Notes under the pieces: generated by a model | What the model was told of the DNA's origin: nothing | Database searches by the model: none | The model's input: the letters and a program-made list of their open reading frames with translations, nothing else | Translations under genes and position numbers: made by a program | Shown: in pieces, positions 1 through 11,061 of the stretch | Numbering within the stretch: the stretch's first letter is position 1 | Layout of the letters: each line of letters starts with the position of its first letter | Origin: a virus | Taxonomy: Duplodnaviria; Caudoviricetes | Strand: one strand, 5' to 3' | DNA length: 64,000 nt | Virus record (IMG/VR): IMGVR_UViG_3300017589_000168 | Coordinates: 1-64,000 of that record

Positions 1-2
1 CT

Positions 3-161
3 GGAGCGACTGGCGCTAAGGGTGTTACCGGAGCAACCGGTGCTAAAGGTGTTACTGGAGCCACCGGTGCTAAAGGTGTTACTGGAGCCACCGGTGCTAC
101 TGGAGCTACTGGTGCTAAAGGTGCCACTGGTGACTCTGTTATAATTGGACTAAGTAAGTGA
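3..161 (+). CDS. 3' end of a collagen-like (Gly-X-Y repeat) protein, truncated by the window start
   Basis: Frame from 3 reads GATGAKGVT repeats, then [10 protein letters not shown] and stop TGA at 159-161; imperfect 27-bp tandem repeats. Confidence 0.8.
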   Translation, partial: GATGAKGVTGATGAKGVTGATGAKGVTGATGATGATGAKGATGDSVIIGLSK

Positions 162-260
162 AAGCCGCTATATCAAAGGGTTTTCGCTAATCTTAGTCCA
201 ATTTTTTTACCCTATTTACCCATCACTCAAAATCTTTTTACCCAAGAAAGGAGAACGCCG

Positions 261-1073
261 ATGGCGAAAATCATTGCAATTATCAACGAGAAAGGCGGAG
301 TGGGCAAAACAGCCACGGCTACCACCCTTGCGTATCTCTTGTCCAAGAAAGGACATCGCACCGCCCTGCTTGACTTTGACGGTCAGGGGCATTCGAGCAT
401 CATCTTTGGTGTGAAGAATCCCAATAAACTGGAGGTGACAATAAACACCCTGTTACGCAAGCTGGTTGAGGACGAGCCTTTACCCGAACCCGAAAGCTAT
501 ATCATCAAAACCGGTTGCGGTGTTGACCTGATCCCATCCAATACTCAGCTTTTCACCCTTGAACGCAATCTCTGCAATGTAGATTTTAGAGAGAGGATAC
601 TGACCCAATATATTGACACCATCAAGGACAGCTATGAGTACATCATCATCGACTGTATGCCGCAAATGGGTACGCCGATGATTAACGTGATGATGTGTGC
701 CGACAGCATTATCATTCCAACACAGGCGGAGCTTTTGTCCGCCCAAGGACTTGCGGAGCTGCTCAAGCACCATCAGGCCATTCAGAGGAACAGCAACCAT
801 CGCCTTCGTATTGAAGGCATCTTGATTACCATGGATTCCCCCAACACGATACTTTCCGCACAGGTGAACGACCTGATACAACGTGGTTTTGCTGACAAGG
901 TTCCTATTTTCAAGACCCATATTCCAAGGTCCATCAAGGTTGCGGAAGCCGTGCTTCACCATCAGACCATTTGTGAATTTCTGCCGGGAAATCCTGCGGC
1001 AATCGCCTATGGGCAATTTGTGGACGAACTGCTTTCGGGTGAACACGGTAAAATTGCGGAAAGGAGCGTTTAA
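261..1073 (+). CDS. parA: ParA/Soj family partition ATPase
   Basis: Deviant Walker A KGGVGKT, DFDGQG, IIIDCMP; SD AAGGAG upstream. Confidence 0.93.
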   Translation: MAKIIAIINEKGGVGKTATATTLAYLLSKKGHRTALLDFDGQGHSSIIFGVKNPNKLEVTINTLLRKLVEDEPLPEPESYIIKTGCGVDLIPSNTQLFTLERNLCNVDFRERILTQYIDTIKDSYEYIIIDCMPQMGTPMINVMMCADSIIIPTQAELLSAQGLAELLKHHQAIQRNSNHRLRIEGILITMDSPNTILSAQVNDLIQRGFADKVPIFKTHIPRSIKVAEAVLHHQTICEFLPGNPAAIAYGQFVDELLSGEHGKIAERSV

Positions 1074-1076
1074 CCT

Positions 1077-2093
1077 ATGGCGATACCAAAACCCAAGGCT
1101 CCCTTAATCGATTTTGATGAAATGCTGGGTATAGAACCCCAGCAAGATGCCGCCCCTGCTCCTGTGCAGGGTGGCATCTTGGAAATGGATTTCAGTTTGA
1201 TGGAGTCCTTTCCAAATCACAGGTTCAAACTCTATGAAGGACAGCAGCTTGACGATATGGTGGATAGTATCCGCCAGTTTGGTATTCTGCTCCCCATTAT
1301 CCTGTGGTACACTGAGGACGGACGGTACATTATTCTCAGCGGACATAACCGTAAAAACGCCGCCCAGCTTGCCGGGTTTACAAAAGGCCCTGTCATCATC
1401 AGGGAAAATCTGACCTATGAAGATGCTGTCCTGATTGTAACAGAAACCAATTTGCGCCAACGTTCCTTTGGCGATATGAGCTATTCAGAACGTGCTTACT
1501 GTCTTGCCCAGCACTATGCGGCACTCAAATCACAAGGCAAGAGAAATGACCTTTTGGCAGAGATTGAAATGCTCTTGAACCCGCATGATACCGAGGAAAA
1601 TTCAACTTCGTCTGAGGTTCAGACGAAGTTGAGATCAGATGAAAAACTCGGACAAAATTACGGTCTTTCACGGGACAAGGTGGCAAAATACATCCGTATT
1701 TCAAACCTTATCGAACCTCTCATTTCCCGTGTTGATAGTGGTGAGATTGCCTTTCTTGCCGCTTATGACCTCTCTTTTGTTGAGGATGAAGCACAACAGC
1801 AGAGAATTGCCGACCTCATGGAGTCCGACAACTATAAGGTAGATACGAAAAAGGCAGAGTTGTTCCATAGCTACTATAAGGCTGGCAAGCTGACTGACAC
1901 CGCCATTGTACAAATTCTTTCAGGTGAGAAAACTCGCAAGCCCAAAAGCAATAAGCCACAGCCGGTCAAAATCAAGCCTGCGGTCATTTCCAAGTATTTC
2001 ACACCACAGCAGACCCAAAAGGAAATTGAGGAAGTCATTGATAAGGCTTTGGCACTGTACTTTGAAAATCAAGAATCGGAGGTGACAGCTTGA
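1077..2093 (+). CDS. parB: ParB family partition protein
   Basis: ParB N-domain (SIRQFGILLPII...LSGHNR...AA, ETNLRQR), HTH region; adjacent to parA. Confidence 0.9.
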   Translation: MAIPKPKAPLIDFDEMLGIEPQQDAAPAPVQGGILEMDFSLMESFPNHRFKLYEGQQLDDMVDSIRQFGILLPIILWYTEDGRYIILSGHNRKNAAQLAGFTKGPVIIRENLTYEDAVLIVTETNLRQRSFGDMSYSERAYCLAQHYAALKSQGKRNDLLAEIEMLLNPHDTEENSTSSEVQTKLRSDEKLGQNYGLSRDKVAKYIRISNLIEPLISRVDSGEIAFLAAYDLSFVEDEAQQQRIADLMESDNYKVDTKKAELFHSYYKAGKLTDTAIVQILSGEKTRKPKSNKPQPVKIKPAVISKYFTPQQTQKEIEEVIDKALALYFENQESEVTA

Positions 2094-5000
2094 GCAAGGC
2101 GACCATTCTTGCCGACCTATATAAAAAGTCGGTGCAGGAATACACGAAAAACCCTGTGGAGTGGAAAGGTCTGCTGTCCTGTGTGGCGAGGTATTATAAG
2201 CGTTCCTTTGACAATGCGGTACTCGTTTACGCACAGCGACCTGATGCAACTCAACTTGCCACCTTTGACGAATGGCATGACAAGCGAATTGACCGAAATA
2301 TCAATGCAGGGGCAAAGGGCATTGCGGTCATCGACATGACGAACCCCACGGCAAGTTTGAAGTATCTGTTTGATTTCATGGATACCAACGGCAGTGAACA
2401 GAGTTTCAAAAAAGTTATGAGTTACCTATGGGAGTTGGAGGATCAGTATAAACCCAGCGTGTTGGCGAGATTTCACGAGAAGAATAGCACTCCAACCTCC
2501 AGTATCGAAATGTGCCTGTATAAGCTGGTACAGCAACGGGTTCGTCAGGTTTTACCACAGTACATGGAAAATTTCAAGGTGCGTGACGAAAGCAGCGTAC
2601 TCTACGATGCTCCCATTGAAGCGGTAAAAGCGGAGTTTATGGAGCTTGTTACCGACAGCGTAGCTTATACCGTGTTTTGCAAATGTGGGCTTTCCACCGA
2701 GATGTTTGATGAACACACCTTTGAGAACATCAGCCACTTTAACAGCATGGATCTGTTTATGACTATGGGAAACTGTACGGTTTCCCTTGCAAGACCCATC
2801 CTGAGAGAAATCCATCAGGAAATCCAACAAATTAAAATCGAAAGGAGCCAAATTTATGAGAACCGAACCGTTAATGAACCTCAATTACCGGAAGAGCGAG
2901 GACGGTCTGCTCTACCCCGAACTGCAAATCTCGGAGAACGAGAAAATCGACCGGACACCGGTGGGCAGATTCGGGAACCTGTGGAAGAACTTCATGCTGG
3001 AGAACCACCCGCACCGCCTGTCGGAGCTGGTAGCACAGGGCAAAATCAACGAGATGATTTTGAAAGTGGACGAGGAAGCCGAGAGTCGCAAGGAACGGCT
3101 GATACAGGAACTTCTGACCGCACAGCCGATGCCGGACACCGAGGACACGATGGAGAGAGCCGCCCACATGGGCATGATAACCGACACAGCGGAGGAAATC
3201 GTAATCAACGAATTGGTACTGCAACCCCGATAACACAAAGAACAGAGCCGCCCACAGATGGTAAACAGCCGTCTGTGGGCGGCTTTTTTTCTGTCCCTCC
3301 TACATCGCCGCCTGCACCTGTTTCCGTGCAGGAAGCCCCTGAACAGGTTCCTGCACTGGATGAGGAAGAAATCTCCGACCTCATTGATGTGGTGCTGTGT
3401 GCTGATGATATTACCCCTGATACAAGGGAATGGACAGCGGAAATCCATAAATTCTTTGAGGGCGGACACAAGCAGACTACGAAAGCCAAAATCCTGAAAG
3501 CCTTTTATGGCAAGCTGGATACTGACTACATCACGGAAACCGGAGAATATTTATATCTCACCGCAGGCGATGATGGGCTGACTTTTGAAATCGAGGGTCA
3601 GCAATTCACCGAGGACTATGGCACGCTCGTCAGCCGGATTGACCGCTTGATTCTGACCGGGGCATATCCGTTTAGCTCCGCAGACACCGTGATTGACGAT
3701 TATGCCATCCCCGATGAACAGGAGGAAATGCAGGGCTTTACAGACGAGGACGAAAATAGTCCTGATGAACCGCTTGCGTCTACCGAGTTGTCTGAAACGG
3801 ACAGACAAAAAATCATTGACCAATACCTCCAGCATGGCAGCGGCACACAAGGCGGCAGGCAACGAATTTTTCAAGTTATGCTGTCCATGCCTGCCAAGAA
3901 GGATCGTATGTCGTTTATTAGGAAGGAATACAATTCCTACGGCTGTTACAGCAAATCCCCCAATGGCGACCAATGGCATTTGGAATCTACCCCCAAGGGG
4001 CTGACGATTGATTACCGGCTCGGTTCGCTGGAATTGCATGAAGTCCTTTCATGGAATCAGGTGGAAAGCGGTATCTCTGACCTGATCCGCCAAGAACGCT
4101 ATCTGGCGGAAAAGGATAAAACGGAGATGGAAGCCGAGGGGCAGACTGTGTACTTGCCAACTCCCGAAGTGTCAGAGCAGGAAGCTCCCGATAGGCAACT
4201 CAATTTATTTGATACCATCCCTGCCATGCAGGACAGCTATGAGGACGCCGCCGAGGACAGTAATGACGGTCTGATTGATGGAAATTCCATCATGCCGGTG
4301 CAACTGCCTTTTCAGGAGGGCGACCGAATTTATTATAACGACTGTGTATATGAAATCGTGAAATTTCTGCACGATGGGCGCACAGTTGAAATCGGGGATA
4401 TTGCACAGCTTAAAAATCTGAATAGCCTTAAAATTACCGAGCGTGTGCCGCTTTCTGCTATTGCGGACTGCAAACCGCTGAAAGACCATTACACAGATGG
4501 CGAGATTGCCACCATGGTAGTGGAAAGTGTCCAAAGCGGCGATTTCTCGGAAGAAACGCAGGCTGCTATTCAAGCCGCCGCCCTTGTCAACCAGTCCAAT
4601 GAGGAGTACAACAATGCCATCATGGACGATTTTTTTGCCCGTGCGTGGGGCGAGGGTTTCAATTACCGCTATTCCTCCGACCATCATCTTTACGATGGCG
4701 GTCCGAAAACTAAATTCAAAAACAACATTGCAGCCATTCGGCTTCTAAAGGAACTGAAAGCACAAGGGCGCCCAGCAACAGCGGAGGAACAGATCATCCT
4801 TGCCCGTTTTGTCGGCTGGGGTGGGCTTGCAAATGCCCTTACACCGGATAAAAGCGGATGGGAAACAGAATATGCGGAAATTAAAGAACTGCTGACAGAC
4901 GAGGAATTGCAGGCGGCACAGAAAAGCACCCTGACCTCCTATTACACGGAACAGAGCATCGTTAGCCACATCTATAAAGGGCTGGAGCGTATGGGGTTTC

Positions 5001-8000
5001 GGGGCGGCAATATCTTAGACCCCGCCCTTGGTACAGGCAACTTCTTTTCCGTACTGCCGGAGAGCATGGAGTCCTCCAAGCTCTACGGCTGTGAAATCGA
5101 CCCAATCCCCGGACAGATTGCAAAACACCTTTATCCTGATGCGGACATTCAGGTGATGGGCTTTGAAAAGACGGCTTTCCCTGACCATTTTTTCGATATG
5201 ATGGTGGGCAACGTGCCGTTTAACTCCATCAAGGTGGATGACCCTCGCTACAATAAGCATAATTTCCATATTCACGATTATTTTATCGCAAAATCACTGG
5301 ATAAGGTTCGTCCGGGCGGCATGATGGCGCTTATTACCTCCAAGTTTACGATGGATAAGGCAAATTCCAGTATGCGCCGTTACATTGCCGGAAAAGCCGA
5401 GCTGATTGGCGCAGTCCGTCTGCCAAACAATGCGTTCAAACAGGTTGCCGGAACCGAGGCCACCACAGACATTCTTTTTCTGAAAAAGCGGGAACGGGAA
5501 ATTGTGCCGGACGAGGAAAGCAGTCCTTGGCTGACCGTAGAGCAAGACGAAAACGGCATTCCCATGAACACCTATTTTATCGACCACCCGGAAATGGTGC
5601 TGGGTGAGATGGTGTTTGACGAGTCCATGTTCGGCAACGAAAAGGCCACCGCCTGCCACCCGATAGCCGGAGAGGACTTGAATGAACGGCTGGAGCGTGC
5701 CATTTCCTATCTGGACGGCGAATATACCGAGGCCACCTCTGAATATGAGGGTGAAAAAGAAGTGCTGCCAGAATCCATTCCTGCTGATCCCAATGTGCGC
5801 AATTTCAGCTATGGGCTGGTAGATGGTGAGCTATACTACCGTGAAAATTCTCGGATGTATAAGCAAAATATCACCGGCCGGAAAGCCGAGCGTATTCGTG
5901 GCATGGTGGAGGTTACGGCATCCATCCGCAGTCTGATTGACTTCCAAAACAGCGAATATGCAGACCTACATGAGCTGCCCACCATGGAATATGAAAAGCA
6001 GCTTCAGGAGCATATCGCCCATCTCAACCATGTTTATGATGGCTTTGTCAAAAAGCAGGGCTATCTCAATTCTTATGCCAATGTAATCGCATTTTCAAGG
6101 GATTCCAATGCCCCTTTGCTCCGTTCCATCGAGGCGGAGAAAAAAGACCAAAAGGATGTATGGGAAAAGACCGCTATCTTCTACAAAGCGACCATCAAGC
6201 CCAAGATTATGCTCAAGGCAGTGTTTTCGGCTGAGGAAGCCCTGATGGTTTCCCTCAATGTGAAGGGCAAGGTTGACCTTGCCTATATGTCCTGGCTCTA
6301 TCAGTATCCCGATCACCACAAGGCTACACCGGAGGAAATCATTGATGAGCTGGGGGATAAGATTTACCAAGACCCCGATGATTACACCGGCAACCCGCAC
6401 ACCGGCTGGAAAACCGCCGACGAGTATCTAAGCGGCTATGTCAAGGATAAGCTGGCGACGGCAATCTTGAAAGCAGAGGAAGAACCGGAACGGTTCAGCC
6501 GAAATGCAGAGGCATTGAAGCTGGTACAGCCGGTTCCCCTGACCCCACAGGACATCAGCTTTACCCTTGGTTCCACATGGATTCCAACGGAGATTTACCA
6601 GCAATTCATGTACGATACCTTCCAGACTACGCCCGGAAATCAAGTCGGTCGCTTTAGCATCTCCCTTGAGTTTTCCAAATACAGCGGCGCCTATCATATT
6701 ACCAATAAAAGTGCAGAAAGCAACTCTGTAACGGTCAACCAGTCCTACGGCACAGGACGGCTCAATGCTTACGAAATACTGGAAACCACACTAAACCTCC
6801 GTTCAGTGGAGGTCAAAGACCCGGTTGACTATATTGACCCGAATACCGGAGAGGAAAAAACGAAGTACGTCCTCAATAAAAAGGAAACCATCTTGGCTCG
6901 TGAAAAACAGGCGGAAATCAAGATGGCTTTTGAAAGCTGGCTGTTTGCCGACCCGGAGCGTGGGGCAAGCCTGACGAAGCTCTACAATGACCGTTTCAAT
7001 AACATCCGCCCCCGTGAATACAGCGGTGACACCCTGCTCATGCCGGATATGGCGGAGGGCATCAAGCTGCGCAAGCATCAGAGTGATGTAATCGCCCATG
7101 GGCTTTACAGTGACGGAAATCTGCTGATGGCGCACGAAGTTGGTGCTGGAAAAACCTACGCTGCTGTTGGCCTTGGCTATGAAATGAAACGGCTGGGTGC
7201 AGTCCATAAGCCCCTTTATGCCGTGCCAAATCACCTTGTAGGCGAATGGGCAGCTCACTATATGAAGATGTACCCCAACGCCAATATTTTGGTGGCCGAA
7301 AAAAAGGATTTTGAGCGAAAGAACCGCCGCCGCTTTGTCAGCAGGATTGCCACCGGTGAGCATGACGCCATCATCATGGGGCATAGCAGCTTTGAACTGA
7401 TTGGCTTATCCAGAGAGCGCCAGCTTGCGGCTATGGAATCGGAAATGGCGGCCATTACAGAGGCAATAGCGGAGGTAAAAGCCCGTGACGGCAAGGACTG
7501 GACACTCAAACAGATGCAGATTTTCAAGTCCAACCTCCAGTTTCGCTATGACAGGCTGTTCAACGCAGAGAAAAAGGACAGTGTTATCAACTTTGAGGAA
7601 TTGGGCGTGGACGCCCTGTTTGTGGACGAGGCCCATGCCTATAAAAACAATTTTTCCTACACCAAAATGCGTAACGTGGCCGGAGTAACCGGGGTCAGCA
7701 GCCAGCGCGCCATGGATATGCACCAAAAATGCCAGTATATCAATGACCTGAACAATGGCAAAGGTGTGGTTTACCTGACCGGCACTCCCATCTCCAACAC
7801 GATGGCAGAGTTGTATGTCCTGCAAAAGACCTTGCAGCCATGGGAGCTGGAAAAGCGTGGCCTGCTGATGTTTGACGCATGGGCAAGTACCTTTGGCGTG
7901 GTGGAGTCCTCATTGGAAATCAAACCGGAGGGCAACGGCTACCAGATGAAAAATCGTTTTGCACGGTTTCACAATTTGCCTGAGCTGATGGCCATGTTCC

Positions 8001-8713
8001 ACATGATTGCGGACATTAAAACCGCTGATATGCTGGACTTGCCTACTCCAAAGCTGAAAACCGGCGGTTCACAGGTTATCAAAACGGAATGTACCCCGGA
8101 GCAGAAACGCCTTGTAATGGAGTTGGGAGAACGGGCGGAGAAAATACGCAACGGCCAAGTGGATAGCTCCGAGGATAATTTCCTGAAGCTCACGCTGGAG
8201 GCTCGCCTGCTGTCCACTGATCCGAGAGCCATTGACCCGGATTTACCGGATGACCCCAATACAAAACTCAATGTCTGCGCACGGAAAGCGGCTGAAATCT
8301 ACCATGAAACCGCTGAGAACCGCTTGACACAGCTTATTTTCTGCGACCAAGGCACGCCCAAGGGTGACGGCAGCTTTAATTTTTACGAGGCTACCAAGGC
8401 GGTGCTGATTGCACAGGGGGTAAAGCCGGAGGAAATCGCCTTTATCCACGATGCCAAGACGGACGTACAGCGGGAGCAGCTTTTTGAAAAGGTGCGAACC
8501 GGTGAAATCCGCATCTTAATGGGCAGCACCGGAAAAATGGGCACCGGCATGAATGTTCAAAATAAGCTGGTGGCTCTCCATCATCTCGATGTGCCGTGGC
8601 GCCCCTCTGATCTCATTCAGCGCAATGGCCGCATTCTCCGTCAGGGCAATGACAACGAGGAAATTTCTATCTTCAACTACATCACAGAGAATACCTTTGA
8701 TGCGTACCTGTGG
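2090..8713 (+). CDS. Exon 1 of a giant polyvalent protein: ArdC-like N-domain, N6-adenine DNA methylase, SNF2-like helicase (DarB-like)
   Basis: LDPALGTGNFF and GNVPF methylase motifs; AHEVGAGKT, VDEAH, TGTPISN, QRNGRILRQGN helicase motifs; ends ...FDAYLW at the intron 5' boundary. Confidence 0.9.
2856..3233 (+). CDS. tnpV: TnpV-like protein nested in the +1 frame of the helicase gene
   Basis: 125-aa ORF with AAAGGAG SD 8 nt before ATG; LLYPEL...VGRFG...KVDEEAESR...AEEIV pattern resembles the TnpV family; terminator follows. Confidence 0.72.
   Translation: MRTEPLMNLNYRKSEDGLLYPELQISENEKIDRTPVGRFGNLWKNFMLENHPHRLSELVAQGKINEMILKVDEEAESRKERLIQELLTAQPMPDTEDTMERAAHMGMITDTAEEIVINELVLQPR
3247..3290 (+). 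terminator. Intrinsic terminator inside the helicase ORF, just after the nested ORF
   Basis: 15-bp stem GCCGCCCACAGATGG/CCGTCTGTGGGCGGC (one G-U), 7-nt loop, followed by T7. Confidence 0.75.
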
Positions 8714-11061
8714 GTGCGACATGAAGTCGCCTGATTTAACTGTCTGGCATTGTGACCAGACCAACTTTTCCGTAAGTTGAGCCTAATATCAACTGCATTG
8801 CTGGTAACGGCGGTGTGGTAAGCTGATATGAAAATGTAGCCCTATTTGGAGGCGAAGCCGTGAGGCAGAGCCGAAACTGTTAGCACAATACGGTTAGGGA
8901 GCAGGCTTGATAGTATGGTTAACGTAAGTGAACTACTGATAAACGTCGTTAAGGCGAACAGGTCAAAGTTGCTGATAGACCTGAACCAAAATGGTATGCA
9001 GTCGGATAATCCTTTCCATAGTGGGATTACACGGACACAAGACTGCCGGCGGAGAGGTAGAACCTAAACTATCATTGTTAATCAGGTGGAACATGGTAAG
9101 CCCGTACTGTTGCTTTTAGCAAAGCAGACTGTAAGGAATGCCGATAACAGTGCGGGTACAGGAAAACGGAAAAAGCGAATGCCATTTTGTAATGAGATGG
9201 ATAGGAGTTTCAATGTTACTCCACACGAAAGTGGGCAGACTTCCGTTCGGTTTCTAATCACAAGATAATTTACAGAATTTTGAAAGGAGAAAGCAAATGA
9301 ACATGAAAATGTGTGCTACTTCTGACGTGGCTATGCAATGGGAAAGCATTGACTGGAACAAAGCCGACCGCTACGTTAAAAACCTGCAAATGCGTATTGT
9401 GAAAGCATTTCAGGAGGGCAAGAAAAACAAAGTGAAATCACTGCAGCACTTGCTCACTACCTCTTTTTATGCTAAAGCATTGGCAGTAAAAAGAGTCACA
9501 GAAAATCAAGGCAAAAAGACAGCAGGGGTTGACGGAGAAATCTGGACAACACCAAAGGACAAATATCAGGCAATAGAAAGGTTACAACGCAGAGGTTACA
9601 ACCCAATGCCGTTAAAAAGGGTATATATCCCCAAGAAAAATGGCAAGAAAAGACCTTTGAGCATTCCGACCATGACAGACAGAGCCATGCAGACTTTATA
9701 TAAGTTTGCATTAGAGCCGATTGCAGAAACCACCGCCGACCCCAACTCTTATGGGTTTCGAGCGAAAAGATGTACGCAAGACGCTATTGAACAATGCTTT
9801 ACCAGTCTGAATAAAGGTAAATCTCCAAAATGGGTGCTTGAGGGAGATATAAAGGGTTGCTTTGACAACATTAGGCACGAATGGATACTGGAACACATCC
9901 CTATGGACAAGGAAATACTGCAAAAATGGCTCAAATGCGGATATATTGAAACCAAGAAACTATTTCCGACAGAGTTCGGAAGTCCGCAGGGTTCGCCGAT
10001 TTCACCGACTATCAGCAACATGGTACTTGATGGCTTGGAAAAGGTAATCAAGAATAAATACCACAAGCATAAGGTGAATGGAAAGGCATATTTTCCAAAG
10101 GTTAATTTTGTCCGTTACGCTGATGACTTTATCGTCACAGGAGAAAGCAGAGAAATTCTTGAAAACGGTGTAAAGCCCATTATCATTGAGTTTCTCGCTG
10201 AAAGAGGTTTGGAATTGTCAGAGGAAAAGACACTGATTACCCACATCAATGACGGTTTCGACTTCTTAGGCTGTAATGTCAGGATGTATGGAAATAAACT
10301 CTTGACCAAGCCCTCTAAGAAAAACTTTGAAGCGATAGTCAGAAAAATCAGGGATGTCATCAAAAGTAACCAGTCAGCAAAGCAGGACTTCTTGATTAGA
10401 AAGCTCAATCCTATCATTCGGGGTTGGGTAAATTATCAGAAGTATAACGTATCTGCACAAGCCTTTGAAAAGCTTGATTATGAAATTTGGCAATGCCTGT
10501 GGCAATGGTGCAAAAGACGGCACCCCAAGAAAAGTCGGAAATGGATTGCAAAGAAATATTTCCACACAATCGGAAATCGGACATGGACTTTTAGCGTTCC
10601 GACTGACGGTAAAATGGAAAATGGCGAAGATTACTATATCCGCTTGATTTACGCAACAGATACAGACATCAAGAGATTTACAAAAATTAAAGCGGACGCA
10701 AATCCATTCGATGAAAATTGGCAGTTGTATTTTGAAGAAAGAGCCGACAAGCAGATGAGGAATGAAATCAAGGGAAGAACCATCATAAATAGGCTGTACA
10801 AAGCCCAACAGGGTTGTTGCAGTCATTGTGGCGGTAAAATCACTCTTGAAACAGATTTCCAAATCCACCAAGTTGGTAATGGAAAGAATATGACAAAAAG
10901 TCTTGTACACCCTGAGTGCCACCAAAAACTCCATGCCTTGGCAAAATGTGAAATGCTGGCTCTCGAAGGAGAGTTTATAGAAGCTTGAGCCGTGTGAGGG
11001 GAAACTCTCATGCACGGTTCTTAGGGGGGAAGGTGGCAGTAATGCCGCCGACCTACCCGAC
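8714..11061 (+). mobile_element. Group II intron (IIB, CL1-like) inserted in phase 0 in the helicase gene
   Basis: Starts GTGCG; domain V GAGCCGTGTGAGGGGAAACTCTCATGCACGGTTC at 10987-11020; ends ...CCCGAC; removal restores FDAYLW|QILEQKQRYISQIMT; EBS1/EBS2 match the exon. Confidence 0.95.
9297..10988 (+). CDS. ltrA: Group II intron reverse transcriptase/maturase with a degenerate HNH domain
   Basis: RVYIPKKNGKKRPL, EGDIKGCFD, PQGSPISP, RYADDF, GFDFLG; C-terminal CSHC...HPECH. Confidence 0.95.
   Translation: MNMKMCATSDVAMQWESIDWNKADRYVKNLQMRIVKAFQEGKKNKVKSLQHLLTTSFYAKALAVKRVTENQGKKTAGVDGEIWTTPKDKYQAIERLQRRGYNPMPLKRVYIPKKNGKKRPLSIPTMTDRAMQTLYKFALEPIAETTADPNSYGFRAKRCTQDAIEQCFTSLNKGKSPKWVLEGDIKGCFDNIRHEWILEHIPMDKEILQKWLKCGYIETKKLFPTEFGSPQGSPISPTISNMVLDGLEKVIKNKYHKHKVNGKAYFPKVNFVRYADDFIVTGESREILENGVKPIIIEFLAERGLELSEEKTLITHINDGFDFLGCNVRMYGNKLLTKPSKKNFEAIVRKIRDVIKSNQSAKQDFLIRKLNPIIRGWVNYQKYNVSAQAFEKLDYEIWQCLWQWCKRRHPKKSRKWIAKKYFHTIGNRTWTFSVPTDGKMENGEDYYIRLIYATDTDIKRFTKIKADANPFDENWQLYFEERADKQMRNEIKGRTIINRLYKAQQGCCSHCGGKITLETDFQIHQVGNGKNMTKSLVHPECHQKLHALAKCEMLALEGEFIEA

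Noticed and set aside
1-130. Short tandem repeats resembling a CRISPR or VNTR array
   Set aside because: In-frame Gly-X-Y collagen codons with no unique spacers.
161-185. CCGCTATATC here versus GATATAAATAGCGG at about 52886-52899 as inverted element ends
   Set aside because: Only a short imperfect match and no recombinase; could be chance.
2871-3469. Antisense ORFs over the nested-gene region
   Set aside because: No SD or family features; expected where two sense frames are open.
8714-8734. Helicase C-terminus VRHEVA-stop given by the ORF track
   Set aside because: Read-through into the intron; the true frame continues at 11062.
9086-9268. 60-aa ORF upstream of the RT
   Set aside because: Lies in structured intron RNA; no SD or family motif.
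9297-10988. RT as a DGR, retron or defence RT
   Set aside because: Group II intron ends, domain V/VI and EBS-IBS pairing are present; no TR/VR pair was seen.
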